Positions 22,646 to 33,182 of a stretch of 64,000 bases of DNA are shown one piece after another. The stretch's first letter is position 1, and every line of letters starts with the position of its first letter. The notes under the pieces are model-generated. The model worked only from the letters and a program-made list of their open reading frames with translations. It had not been told where the DNA came from and searched no databases. This stretch comes from Longimicrobiales bacterium (GTDB lineage: Bacteria > Gemmatimonadota > Gemmatimonadetes > Longimicrobiales > Gaopeijiaceae): NCBI GenBank assembly GCA_965226375.1, contig CBDDCX010000008.1, forward strand, positions 1,760,001 to 1,824,000, written 5' to 3'. Position numbers and translations under genes: made by a program.

Positions 22646-24014
22646 TCACTCGGCCCGTCCACTCCAATACCAAAAAGCCGGAATACCCGTCAAAAGCAAC
22701 ACCAACCCTATGCCCGACCCCACCGGGTTCGACCTCAGTACGCTCCACACGATGAGCACCGAGACGGCAACGAAGATGCCGGGGACCAGGGGGAACCCCA
22801 CCGTCCGAAACGTGCCCTCGGGTCGTTCGGCAAGCGGATGTGTCCTCCGGAAGACTAACAGACTCGCACCCGCTAGGCCAAAGAAGATCCAGTCCGCAAG
22901 CACGACGTAGTCGATGAGCTGGGCATACGTGCCGCTCAGGACGAGAACCACAGCCCAGCCCGATTGGATGCCGATGGCGAGAGACGGTGTGCGGAAGCGT
23001 GGATGGAGCCGCGCCACAGCCGGCATGAAGAGGCGGTCGCGCGCCATCGCGTAATAGACCCGAGTGGGCGCCAGCATGGTGAGGTTCAGAAATCCGAAGG
23101 TCGAGATGGCGATGGTCAAGGCAATGAGCTTGTCGCCGGTGCTACCGAAGAGTCGGTTTGCCGTGTCGGCCGCGGGTGTCATGGATCCCGCAAGTCCCGC
23201 GTGCCCTAACGTCTTCAGGTACACGAGGTTGACGAGAGCGTACACGGTCACCACGACCGCCGTTCCTGCCAGGAGCGCCGTGGGGAGCTTCTTGACCGGA
23301 TCCTTGATCTCCTCGGCCACGTAGTTCGCGTTCTGCCATCCCCCGTACGAAAACATGATGGGGATGAGGGCCGCTCCGAACGCGAGGAGCAGAGGAGAAC
23401 GCTCGCCCGCCTCGGAGACGGTTGCCGCGGTGGCCCCAGCGGCCCCGGCGGCACCAATGGTACCGGCAGCACCAACGGCCTCGGCCGCCTCAGATCCGCC
23501 CAGAAGGAAGCCCGCCCCGATCAACACGAGGATCGCCGCCACCTTGAGCACCACGAAGGCATTGAGCACCCGGCTCCCCGGTTTCACCCCCAGGTAGTTG
23601 ATGGCTGCGACAACCACGATGGCCAGGATGGCCAGCGACGAGGTCGACGAGCCTCCCCGACCCACCAGCCGGAACGTGTACTCCGCGAACGTGATGGCCA
23701 CCGCTGCGATGGCCCCGCTCTCGATCATGAGCAGGAGCGCCCAGCCGTAGAGGAACCCCGCGAGCGGATGATACGCGTCTCGCAGATAGGCGTAGTGGCC
23801 ACCGGCGGTGGGAAAGAGGGACCCCCAGTTCGGCAAACGTGAACGCCCCCGCTATGGCGATCCCACCCCCTGCGATCCAGGCCGCCATGACCAACCATCC
23901 GCTGTCCAGCCGCTGAGCGACGATGTAGGGATTGATGAAGATTCCCGCACCGATGATGCCGCCCACCACGACCATGGTGGCGTCGAACGTCCCGAGCTCC
24001 CGGCGGAAGCTCAT
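22646..24014 (-). CDS. APC-family amino acid permease, one frameshift at C5 23822-23826
   Basis: RRELG...GGIIGAGIF...FAELG then SLFPTAGGHYAYL, YGGW, EEIKDP; removing one G joins ORFs 23490-24014 and 22646-23836. Confidence 0.88.
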
Positions 24015-24295
24015 GCCCGGGGCGGCTGGAACGGATTTCCGTCCCGCCGGAGATTGAGGGGCACGATGAGGGCCGGTACTCGCATTAAAACGACTCCGCT
24101 CTGGATTCGGAGCGACAAGCTACTGCGAGTAGGCGGACGCCGCGAAACCTCCTCTGAGTACCCAGAGAAAGACCGCGCACCGGAGTGGTGCCTGGCGCGG
24201 GGTGTCTTCCGTGTTGAGGCTTTGGTATTTTTCGACAATCGCATCCCTCGCAAGAAACCAGGACCAACTCGCACGAGAGAGCAGACAGAAGCCGT

Positions 24296-27004
24296 ATGAC
24301 AAGCGACCCCTTCGGCGCACTGACCACCATCGATCTCAAGGAAGGGCCCACGTCCTTCTACCGCCTCGGCCGACTGGAGGAAACCGGCCTCGACGATCTG
24401 AGCCGACTACCATTCTCCATCCGCGTCCTTCTGGAGAACGCGTTACGACACTCGGGCGGTCGATACGTGGGTGAAGAGCACGTCCAGGCCATAGCGGAGT
24501 GGAGCCCCACCAACGCCGGTGCCGATGTGCCGTTCATGCCGAGTCGAGTCGTGCTCCAGGATTTCACCGGCGTACCCGCCGTGGTAGACCTGGCCGCCAT
24601 GAGGGACGGGCTCAAGGCCATGGGTGGAGACCCGGATCGGATCAATCCGGTTGTACCGGCGGACCTGGTGATCGACCACTCGGTGCAGGTCGACTTCTTC
24701 GGGACCCCCGAAGCGTACCGGAAAAACGTGGAGCGGGAGTTCGAGCGGAACCGGGAGCGATACGCCCTGCTCCGCTGGGCTCAGCACTCCTTCGAGGACT
24801 TCCGGGTAGTGCCGCCTGGTACGGGCATCGTACACCAGGTGAATCTCGAGTACCTCGCCTCGGTGATCCATCGCCGGGAAGAGGACGGGACCTGGCTGGC
24901 CTACCCCGACACGCTCGTGGGCACGGACTCTCACACGACGATGATCAACGGGCTGGGCGTAGTGGGGTGGGGCGTCGGGGGTATCGAGGCCGAAGCCGTC
25001 CTCACGGGTCAACCCTACTACATGCTCCTGCCCGAGGTGGTGGGGGTGAAGTTCAGCGGGGAACTCCCGGAGGGGGCCACCGCGACGGACCTCGTGCTGC
25101 ACGTAGTGGAGATGCTCCGAGCTCACGGTGTGGTGGGGCGCTTCGTCGAGTACTTCGGCACGGGCCTCTCCAAGCTCACCCTGCCGGACCGGGCGACCTT
25201 GGCCAACATGGCCCCCGAGTACGGAGCGACCATCGGGTTCTTTCCGGTGGACGGCGAGACGCTGACCTATCTGAGAGGATCTGGGCGCAGTGAGGATCTC
25301 GTGGAGCGGGTGGAGCGGGTCAGCAAGGAGCAGGGACTCTTCCGTACGGATCAGACGCCTGACCCCGAGTACACGCACGTCCTGCACATGGACCTCTCCA
25401 CTGTGGAGCCCAGCGTGGCAGGACCAAAACGGCCACAGGATCGGATCGCTCTCACGGAACTTCCCGACGCATTCGCCAGGGATCTCCCTGACCTGGTGCC
25501 CTCGGGGTTCTCTCTGAACGGCGACGCAAAGCGCACGATCCCCGTAGAAGTAGACGGAACACCGTGTGAGATCGGAGACGGCAGCATCGTCATCGCCGCC
25601 ATCACGAGCTGCACCAACACATCCAACCCGTCGGTCATGGTGGGCGCAGGGTTGCTGGCCAAGAAGGCCGTGGAGCTGGGCTTGGAGGTCAAGCCGTGGG
25701 TGAAGCCCAGCATGGCTCCGGGATCGAAAGTGGTCACCGACTACCTCGACGCCGCCGGCCTCACGGAATATCTGAACCGGCTGGGCTTCAACGTGGTGGG
25801 GTACGGATGCACCACCTGCATCGGGAACTCCGGTCCCTTGACTGAACCCGTCGGCGAAGAGGTGGAGACGAACGGGCTCGTGGTAGCGTCCATCCTTTCG
25901 GGAAACCGCAATTTCGAAGCTCGGATTCACCCCCAGGTGAGGGCGAACTATCTGTCCTCGCCCATGCTCGTGGTGGCCTACGCACTGGCCGGCCGGATCG
26001 ACATCGACTTGGCGACGGAGCCCATCGGTCACGATCGGGAGGAGCAGCCTGTCTTCCTAAAGGACCTTTGGCCCAGTTCGGGAATCATCGGCGAGACCGT
26101 GCGGTCCTGCCTCCGACCCGAGATGTATGAGGATCGGTACGCCCAGGTCTTCGAGGGCAATGACCTTTGGCGAGCGCTCCCTCTTCCCACAGACGAGGAC
26201 AACCTCTACGACTGGGAGGACGACTCCACGTACATCCGGAACCCTCCCTTCTTCGAGGGCATGTCGCTGGAGGTCCCAGACGTCACGGACGTCCATGGAG
26301 CCCGGGTCCTGGGCATCTTCGGCCACACCACGACCACGGATCACATCTCCCCCGCCGGCGCGATTCCCAAGAATGAGCCCGCCGGAGCCTACCTGATGGA
26401 GCGGGACGTGAAGCCTTGGCAGTTCAACACCTTCGGATCCCGACGGGGCAACCACGAGGTCATGATGCGTGGCACGTTCGGGAACGTGCGCATCCGCAAT
26501 CTCATGCTCGAGGAGCGGGAGGGCGGATACACCGTCCACGTCCCCAGTGGTGAGGAGGCCTCGATCTATGAGACCGCCATGCGCTATAAAGCCGAGGGCA
26601 CACCGCTTGTGGTTCTGGCCGGTCGGGAATATGGGACAGGCAGCTCACGGGATTGGGCCACGAAGGGCACGGCCCTACTGGGTGTCCGAGCCGTGATCGC
26701 CGAGAGCTACGAGCGTATCCATCGGAGCAATCTGGTCGGGATGGGAGTGCTACCGCTACAGTTCGATGAGGGGGACAGTCCCGATTCGCTGGGCCTGACG
26801 GGTCGGGAGACGTACGACATCACGGGTGTGGCGGACGGACTCGAGCCCCATGCGCGCCTCAGCGTCGTGGCACGCGCCGACGACGGAACGGAGACCTCCT
26901 TCGAGGCGATTGCGCGGCTCGACTCGGACATCGATGTCGAGTACTACAAGAACGGTGGAATCCTGCACACGGTGCTGAGGAGGATGGGCTCAGGCGAGAT
27001 GTAA
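24296..27004 (+). CDS. acnA: Aconitate hydratase A
   Basis: QDFTGVP, IDHSVQVD, GTDSHT, AITSCTNTSNP, GYGCTTCIGNSG, TTDHISPAG, GSSRDW. Confidence 0.97.
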   Translation: MTSDPFGALTTIDLKEGPTSFYRLGRLEETGLDDLSRLPFSIRVLLENALRHSGGRYVGEEHVQAIAEWSPTNAGADVPFMPSRVVLQDFTGVPAVVDLAAMRDGLKAMGGDPDRINPVVPADLVIDHSVQVDFFGTPEAYRKNVEREFERNRERYALLRWAQHSFEDFRVVPPGTGIVHQVNLEYLASVIHRREEDGTWLAYPDTLVGTDSHTTMINGLGVVGWGVGGIEAEAVLTGQPYYMLLPEVVGVKFSGELPEGATATDLVLHVVEMLRAHGVVGRFVEYFGTGLSKLTLPDRATLANMAPEYGATIGFFPVDGETLTYLRGSGRSEDLVERVERVSKEQGLFRTDQTPDPEYTHVLHMDLSTVEPSVAGPKRPQDRIALTELPDAFARDLPDLVPSGFSLNGDAKRTIPVEVDGTPCEIGDGSIVIAAITSCTNTSNPSVMVGAGLLAKKAVELGLEVKPWVKPSMAPGSKVVTDYLDAAGLTEYLNRLGFNVVGYGCTTCIGNSGPLTEPVGEEVETNGLVVASILSGNRNFEARIHPQVRANYLSSPMLVVAYALAGRIDIDLATEPIGHDREEQPVFLKDLWPSSGIIGETVRSCLRPEMYEDRYAQVFEGNDLWRALPLPTDEDNLYDWEDDSTYIRNPPFFEGMSLEVPDVTDVHGARVLGIFGHTTTTDHISPAGAIPKNEPAGAYLMERDVKPWQFNTFGSRRGNHEVMMRGTFGNVRIRNLMLEEREGGYTVHVPSGEEASIYETAMRYKAEGTPLVVLAGREYGTGSSRDWATKGTALLGVRAVIAESYERIHRSNLVGMGVLPLQFDEGDSPDSLGLTGRETYDITGVADGLEPHARLSVVARADDGTETSFEAIARLDSDIDVEYYKNGGILHTVLRRMGSGEM

Positions 27005-27065
27005 CGTCGGTCCGGTAATCGCCGCTCGCGGCCTTGTCGCCTTGTCTGGGATCGGAGGATTCGAT

Positions 27066-27713
27066 CTAGCCGGGCGGCTTGTGGTCTGATTCGCGGAGCG
27101 CGACGGGCGGGCCCAAAACTTCTGACAGGATCACCGCCTGTCGAATGCTGTCGTGCCCTCCCCCCGTCAGCGTCCGGCGCACGGCTTCCGCCGGTCCGAC
27201 TGACCGGCGCGTGCGCGCAGGTTTCCGGTCCAGATCCACCGCCGGCAGTCCCTCACCCGGCTCCGTCAGCACGCGTTCGCGGGGGGCGATCGTCGCTGTC
27301 TTCAACCCCGACCCGTCGTCCGGCTCCCACTCCACGTGGTCATGTGCCTCGACATGCTGATGTATCGGATCGAGCCGCGTTTCCTCGGACTCGTATCCGT
27401 CCATGAGGACCGATGTTGACTCGATGTCCGGTGTTGGGCTGGGTGTAGCTGTTTGCGGTAGCTGTCGAGCAGACGGAGAGGGCTCTCCCTTTGCCAGGGC
27501 GGCGATCTCTTCCCAGAGCTCGTGCGGAACCATACCCTCGGACGTCGTCTCGGGCTCCTGTGGGAAGAGCTCGCCAGCCTCGGGCATACCGTCCGATCGC
27601 CCTTCCCTGCCGAGGCGCTCGTTCTCCTTCCGCTTCTTCCGAGCCGCGCCGTCCATCATCGAAATGATGACAAAGAACGCGATCACCAGAATCTGGATCA
27701 GGCCGCTGTCCAT
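27066..27713 (-). CDS. Hypothetical single-pass membrane protein, third gene of nfeD-floA operon (YqfB-like position)
   Basis: N-terminal TM helix, low-complexity middle, C-terminal RQAVILSEVLGPP motif. Confidence 0.75.
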   Translation of the reverse strand: MDSGLIQILVIAFFVIISMMDGAARKKRKENERLGREGRSDGMPEAGELFPQEPETTSEGMVPHELWEEIAALAKGEPSPSARQLPQTATPSPTPDIESTSVLMDGYESEETRLDPIHQHVEAHDHVEWEPDDGSGLKTATIAPRERVLTEPGEGLPAVDLDRKPARTRRSVGPAEAVRRTLTGGGHDSIRQAVILSEVLGPPVALRESDHKPPG

Positions 27714-27746
27714 GGGAGAACTCTTAAAGGAGTGGGAGTAGCCGCG

Positions 27747-28736
27747 CTACGCGAGCGGCTCAGTGTCGTCTTCGTCCCCACCTGCGATGGCATTACGCAT
27801 GGACGTATCGGACTGGATGTTGCTGTAGCGTACGTAGTCCATGACGCCCATATGGCCCGCGCGGAACGCCTCCGCCAAGGCCAGCGGCACTTGGGTCTCA
27901 GCCTTCACCAGCTCGGCCTGCATCTCGACGACCTTCGCCTTCATCTCCTGCTCCAGGGCGACGGCCATGGCCCGCCGCTCCTCCGCGCGGGCCTGGGCGA
28001 CTCGCTTGTCCGCGTCGGCCTGATGGGTCTGGAGGTCGGCACCGATGTTCTTGCCCACGTCTACGTCGGCGATATCGATGGAGAGGATCTCGAAGGCCGT
28101 CCCGGCGTCGAGTCCCTTGGCCAGCACCGTCTTGGAGATGGCGTCCGGATTCTCGAGGACCTCCTTGTGGGAGTTCGCGGAGCCGATGGACGACACGATG
28201 CCCTCACCCACGCGGGCTAGAATCGTGTCCTCGCCGGCGCCCCCTACGAGCCGGTTGATGTTGGCCCGAACCGTGACACGGGCCTGGGCGATCAACTGGA
28301 TGCCGTCCTTGGCCATGGCCGCCACTTTGGGCGTATTGATGACCTTGGGGTTCACCGAGACCTGCACCGCCTCGAAGACGTCGCGCCCGGCCAGGTCGAT
28401 TGCGGCGGCCTGCTGGAAGCCCAGCTCGATGTTCGCCTTGTCCGCGCTGATGAGCGCCCGGACAACGCGGTCGACCTCCCCCCCCGCCAAGTAGTGAGCT
28501 TCGAGGTCGTTGACGCTCAGTGGTATGCCCGCCTTGGTCGCCCAGATCAAGGGGCGCACCACCGCCGACGGGACAACCTTGCGCAGACGCATTCCCACCA
28601 GGTAGCCGATGCCCAACCGGACGCCGGCCGAGATCGCCTCGACCCACAGGCGTACCGGCACCGCCCACGCCACTACGCTGATGAGCATGACCGCCCCGAA
28701 GAGGACGAACAGGCTGAAGATGTCTAGCTGCTGCAT
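27747..28736 (-). CDS. floA: Flotillin-like protein FloA (YqfA/YdfA family)
   Basis: [50 protein letters not shown]. Confidence 0.93.
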   Translation of the reverse strand: MQQLDIFSLFVLFGAVMLISVVAWAVPVRLWVEAISAGVRLGIGYLVGMRLRKVVPSAVVRPLIWATKAGIPLSVNDLEAHYLAGGEVDRVVRALISADKANIELGFQQAAAIDLAGRDVFEAVQVSVNPKVINTPKVAAMAKDGIQLIAQARVTVRANINRLVGGAGEDTILARVGEGIVSSIGSANSHKEVLENPDAISKTVLAKGLDAGTAFEILSIDIADVDVGKNIGADLQTHQADADKRVAQARAEERRAMAVALEQEMKAKVVEMQAELVKAETQVPLALAEAFRAGHMGVMDYVRYSNIQSDTSMRNAIAGGDEDDTEPLA

Positions 28737-28760
28737 CGAGTGTTCCTTTGTTTTCTTGTG

Positions 28761-30101
28761 TTATTCCTCTTCGCCGGCAACGGGCCGGACTATATGACGA
28801 TATCCCTCTGCCGCCACAATGCGCACAGGGGTCCCTTGCTCGATCCACTCGGACTCCGAAACGATATCTATGCGCTCGTCGTCGAAGAGGCCAACGCCCG
28901 AGGGTCTCAGGTCCGTAATGGCCACACCTTGCCGATCCACGAGCTCCGGCCGGGTCTGGGCTGATTCGAATCCGATGGCCTTGTCCGTCCGTGCGCCGAG
29001 AAAGATCCCGGTGCGGTAGAGCCGGGCGCTCTTGGGAAGGTGGCGGATGACTGCCCATGCGGTCACCAGGATGAGGAGCAGGGTCGTGCTTAGCACCCCC
29101 CCCGCCCTGCTGAAGTCTGCCGCGGTCGGGAGGCCACCCAGGAGGCTCATGTAGATCCCGGCCCCCATGCCGACGAGTCCCAATAACCCGAAGAGACCGA
29201 AGCCCGGGACGACCATGACCTCGACCGCCAGGAGCAGCACACCGGCACCGAACACCAGCAGGTCCTCCCAACCGGCGAGCCCGAGGATCAAGTGGGATCC
29301 GAAGAACAGAGAGAGCGAGAGCAGCCCCGCCGCACCCGCCAGCCCCAGCGACGGAGTCTTGATCTCGATGATCAGTCCCAAGAAGCCCAACGACAGCAGG
29401 AACGGCGCCACCACCGGATGCGAGAAGAAGCGCACGAGCCGCTCGGCCCAGTTCACCTCGAGGTCCCGCACCGTGGCGCCCGAGAGGTCCAGATCATCCA
29501 GCAGGGTGGTGAAGTCGTCGGTCGCGCGCGCGTATTCCAGCCCCACCGCCTCTTCGGTGGTCAGCGTGAGAAGCTTGCCGGACTCGACCACGTCGGGAAT
29601 GGCGAGGGATTCGTCCACCATGGCCTCGGCCACCGCGGGGTCCAGGCCTCGTGCTTCAGCCAGGGCGCGCATCTCGCTCCGCATGGCGGAGACGATCTTC
29701 TCGGACGCCTTGGTCCCCGAACCGTCGACCGGAGTGACCGCTCCGATGACGGATCCGGGCCTCATGTAGATGCCCTGCGTCGCCAGCGCGATCAGAGCGC
29801 CTGCGGAGAACGCGCGTCGATTCACGAAGGCATATACCGGCACCCGGGCGTCGGCAATCGCATCGGCGATACGCTCGGCTGCATCGATACGGCCCCCGGG
29901 TGTATCGATGTCGAGCACGATCGCTTCGGCGCCCGCCGCCTCAGCCTCGCGTATGCCTCGCTCGATGAAGGGAGCCAGACCGAGCTCGACCACGCCGGTC
30001 ACGGGCACTCGGAAGACGGTCTCCTGGCCGAGCGCCGTCGATGGGAAACTCAACACTCCGGCGAGTACCACCGCTGTCATGGTCTGGATTATCCGCAACA
30101 T
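28761..30101 (-). CDS. nfeD: NfeD-family membrane serine protease (YqeZ-like)
   Basis: IDTPGG, AFSAGA, LLTLT, multi-TM segment, C-terminal OB fold TDLRPSG. Confidence 0.9.
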   Translation of the reverse strand: MLRIIQTMTAVVLAGVLSFPSTALGQETVFRVPVTGVVELGLAPFIERGIREAEAAGAEAIVLDIDTPGGRIDAAERIADAIADARVPVYAFVNRRAFSAGALIALATQGIYMRPGSVIGAVTPVDGSGTKASEKIVSAMRSEMRALAEARGLDPAVAEAMVDESLAIPDVVESGKLLTLTTEEAVGLEYARATDDFTTLLDDLDLSGATVRDLEVNWAERLVRFFSHPVVAPFLLSLGFLGLIIEIKTPSLGLAGAAGLLSLSLFFGSHLILGLAGWEDLLVFGAGVLLLAVEVMVVPGFGLFGLLGLVGMGAGIYMSLLGGLPTAADFSRAGGVLSTTLLLILVTAWAVIRHLPKSARLYRTGIFLGARTDKAIGFESAQTRPELVDRQGVAITDLRPSGVGLFDDERIDIVSESEWIEQGTPVRIVAAEGYRHIVRPVAGEEE

Positions 30102-30249
30102 CTCTTTTCTCCCCCGGAGCTATATGCTGCGACGGACCGACCTAAGGTACATCGGGACGTCGGCCCTCACAAAGCTGAACCCACCGCTGGTGTTGATGCG
30201 GGCACTCGTCCACCGTCGCAGCCACAAGGGCCGGTGTCTGATAAGGCCC

Positions 30250-30987
30250 TTAGTCGGGCAGCTCGACCCCCAACAGGAGGCACGCATAGTAGGAGCCGCG
30301 GATCGCCCTGGCGTAGTCGCCCTCGTGGATCGCACCACGAGCCACGTCGATGAGCCGCTCTACACGCCCCAACATCTCTTGGGAGTACGAATTCTCGGGG
30401 GAAATTCTTCTGAATCCCCGTTCGGCAGACGTCAGAAGCTGAGACGCGACGTGAGGTGGGGTCACCTCGAGGAGATAGTCGGAAGCCTGAAAGGCGGCGG
30501 CGAGAGACGACGCGCCTTCCCCTGCATCGGAAAGTATCCAGGCCGTCGTCAGCATCTCACGGGCCGAATCCAGCCTTCGACTCACCCGCTCCGGGATGCC
30601 CACCGCGGAGAGCTGGTCGACCCGGGCCAACGTCGAGTCCATGTCGACAAGCAACTTCTGCAACTCTCCCTCGCGCAGGCGACCGAAGAGATCCGGCACG
30701 GCGTCGGTGTACACCAAGGCGCGTAGTGCTCTTCCCTCACTAGTCGGCAACTCCCAGGAGTCCTCCCACCTTAGGACCGGGCCCTCTTCGGGAATACCCC
30801 CAGCAGCGACCCATACGTCCGCGAGGCTGTGCAGCACGCCACCCAGGTCGAGGGCGGCACGGGTCTCCTGAGCCATGAGGGCCGCCATGGGATCAGACAC
30901 CGCATCGGCACACGCGCCCGTCGACATCACGACTACCAGGAATAGGGACAGCGCTCTGGCACGGGATGGGATGGAACTGTTTCTCAT
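30250..30987 (-). CDS. Hypothetical lipoprotein
   Basis: Signal peptide ending GAC; helical composition; no recognised domain. Confidence 0.6.
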   Translation of the reverse strand: MRNSSIPSRARALSLFLVVVMSTGACADAVSDPMAALMAQETRAALDLGGVLHSLADVWVAAGGIPEEGPVLRWEDSWELPTSEGRALRALVYTDAVPDLFGRLREGELQKLLVDMDSTLARVDQLSAVGIPERVSRRLDSAREMLTTAWILSDAGEGASSLAAAFQASDYLLEVTPPHVASQLLTSAERGFRRISPENSYSQEMLGRVERLIDVARGAIHEGDYARAIRGSYYACLLLGVELPD

Positions 30988-31165
30988 CGTTCCAAGCTAC
31001 CTAAGACCAGGGTTCTGAATCAATTCTCAGTCGCCACGGGATCCGGTTGCCCCCCCTCCGAGCCCTGGATAGTTTCTCGCTCGAACGCTCGTCCGAAACC
31101 TGAATCCGACCCGTCTGTCTCTGGCCACAAGGCCGCGGCACGCGGTCTGCGTCGGGAGTTCGACG

Positions 31166-31277
31166 ATGGCTCCGGACCGGGACCCGACCGATGGCCGGGT
31201 GGCGACGTTCGCCCTCTTCGGGATGATGAACTGGATCTATACCTGGTATCGGCCCGAGAAGGACGTTTCGGTGGATC
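31166..31277 (+). pseudogene. Fragment of a TetR-family C-terminal domain cut by IS
   Basis: DGRVATFALFGMMNWIYTWYRPEKD resembles the TetR C-terminal GMLNW...WY motif; no HTH upstream. Confidence 0.55.
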
Positions 31278-31317
31278 CGGAACCTGTCAACGACAATGGG
31301 ACACTCTACGGGATTAA

Positions 31318-32325
31318 TTAGAGAGCAATGTCCTGTGTGGTGAGGGAAGGGATGGGAGGATTGATGAAGACGGCCTCCGGGAGCGGTTTGGGCTTCGGCA
31401 CACCTCTGACGAAGCGTTCGGGATGAGCGGCCCATGCTTCGCGGAGCACGGATTTCCTGCCGGCAATGACCTGATCGGCGTTCCCGAAGTGGACCTGCTC
31501 GGGGGTTAGCATCGAGATGCCGCCATGGCGGTGCTCGGCATTGTACCAGCGGAAGAACGATCGACAGAACGTCTTGGCTTGGCCCTGATCCCCGAACCGT
31601 CCGGGAAACGAGGGATGGTACTTCAAGGTTTTGAACTGAGCCTCGGAAAACGGGTTGTCATCCGACACCTGAGGCCGGCTCAACGAGCGGGTCACGCCGA
31701 GGTCAGCGAGAAGTTGAGCGGTGCATTGGCTCGTCATTGGAGCTCCCCGATCCGAGTGCAGGGTCAGGACCCGGGGCTGGACGCCATGCTTCAGGCAGCT
31801 CTGCTGGATCAACCGGCCGGCCAGGGCCGAGTTCTCCCGGTCCGCCACCATCCAGCCCACGACGTAGCGGCTGTAGATGTCCATGATGACGTAGAGGTAG
31901 TAATAGCTCCACTTCTTCGGCCCGAGCAGCCGCGTGATATCCCAGGACCACACCTGGTTCGGCGCCGTGGCCATCAACTCGGGCTTCTTGTACTCGGGAT
32001 GGGTGCGCTGCGCCCGGCGTTCCTGAACCGGCACCTCGGAGGCCAGAACACGATACATCGTGCGTTCGCTGCACAGGTAGACCTCTTCGTCGAGCAGCGT
32101 GGCCACCACCTCGGCGGGTGAGCGGTCCACGAACCGCTCCGAACACAGCGTGTCGAAGACCTCGCCTCGTTCCGTCTCGCTCAATGCCCGGGCGGGCGTC
32201 GGGCGGGGCTGCTGTTGCCCGGTTGATGGGCCTCGACGACGGTACAACGTCGATCGGGAGACCTCGAGGGCCGCGCACGCCGGTTTTACACCGACGTGCT
32301 TAGCCAGCTCATCGGCCGCCTTCAA
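31318..32325 (-). CDS. IS3-family transposase OrfB (DDE/rve)
   Basis: PNQVWSWDIT, DIYSRYVVGW, LHSDRG, DNPFSEAQFKTLK. Confidence 0.92.
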   Translation of the reverse strand: MKAADELAKHVGVKPACAALEVSRSTLYRRRGPSTGQQQPRPTPARALSETERGEVFDTLCSERFVDRSPAEVVATLLDEEVYLCSERTMYRVLASEVPVQERRAQRTHPEYKKPELMATAPNQVWSWDITRLLGPKKWSYYYLYVIMDIYSRYVVGWMVADRENSALAGRLIQQSCLKHGVQPRVLTLHSDRGAPMTSQCTAQLLADLGVTRSLSRPQVSDDNPFSEAQFKTLKYHPSFPGRFGDQGQAKTFCRSFFRWYNAEHRHGGISMLTPEQVHFGNADQVIAGRKSVLREAWAAHPERFVRGVPKPKPLPEAVFINPPIPSLTTQDIAL

Positions 32326-32771
32326 GAGTTTGTCCCGTCGTCGAGGCTTATCCCCAGCAGCCCCGCAACTTTTCCCTGCACGTCGATGATCAGGTGTGCC
32401 TTCCTGAGCTCATTCCCGAGCCGTGCGTTTCGCCGCTCCAGCTTGCGTACCTTCTCATCCAGCGGATTTCGCTCCGGCTTGCGGCCGCGTTTCTTCGACA
32501 GGGCCTTCAGCGACCCGCTATGCGCCGCCTTGCGCCACGTCGTCAGGTGCGACGAGTACAGGCCCTCTCGCCGCAGGACTTGACCCACCTCGCCGGGCTC
32601 GGTGCACCGGTCCGCTTCTTCGACGATCCGCAGCTTGTACGACGGACTGAACCGCCGCCGTAGCGGCCTATCTACTACCTCCGGGTCCGCAGGAGCTGCC
32701 GCGCTTCGCTTGGCCTCCCCGGTTCCAGGGGCACTACCATTCTCTGCCATTCTCTCTCGCAGTCCCAACAT
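32322..32771 (-). CDS. IS3-family transposase OrfA (HTH + leucine zipper)
   Basis: RRRFSPSYKLRIV, LRREGLYSSHLTTWRK; 4-nt overlap with orfB. Confidence 0.88.
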   Translation of the reverse strand: MLGLRERMAENGSAPGTGEAKRSAAAPADPEVVDRPLRRRFSPSYKLRIVEEADRCTEPGEVGQVLRREGLYSSHLTTWRKAAHSGSLKALSKKRGRKPERNPLDEKVRKLERRNARLGNELRKAHLIIDVQGKVAGLLGISLDDGTNS

Positions 32772-32845
32772 GTTCGTTTTCTCTGCCTTCGCCCTACTCT
32801 AATTCTTTGCGTGCTCCGTGTCTCACGTACGTTGGCAGAGAGGGG

Positions 32846-32941
32846 TGCGACATGCACGGCAATGTCTGGGAATGGATGGAGGACGAGTACTGTGCCTACG
32901 ACTCCCCCGGGGAAACCGATCCCGATCGATCCATGGCCTGA
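32846..32941 (+). pseudogene. Fragment of a formylglycine-generating enzyme (FGE-sulfatase) domain gene
   Basis: Reads CDMHGNVWEWMED...ETDP, the FGE-family DMxGNVWEW motif, starting at the IS boundary. Confidence 0.6.
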
Positions 32942-33182
32942 GTTGTGCCTGAGTGGCGCCTCGGTGGCGCCTGAGTACGCCCCAGGAGCGTCGACGAGCC
33001 CTATTGTTGCCCAGAGGGCGTCTCACGGCCGCACGAGGCCCAGAGAGCCTTGAATGGCCTTTAGCGGTGAGATCGCAAACAACTGACTGGGGTCCATCCC
33101 CCTAGGAACCCTTGTGTCCGCCTATGCTTCACCCGCAGGTTGGTCCTTTCCCATGATCGGATAACCCCGAAGCCGAGGTGAT

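Larger units (their letters stand above)
31278..32844 (-). mobile_element. IS3-family insertion sequence, copy A (1567 bp)
   Basis: Matches 49301-50867 in reverse over the same length; imperfect IRs tgccaacgtacgtgagaca / tgtcaacgacaatgggaca set 7 bp inside the ends. Confidence 0.9.

Noticed and set aside
31001..31165. Possible IS/MITE end upstream of the TetR fragment
   Set aside because: No matching second inverted repeat found in the window.
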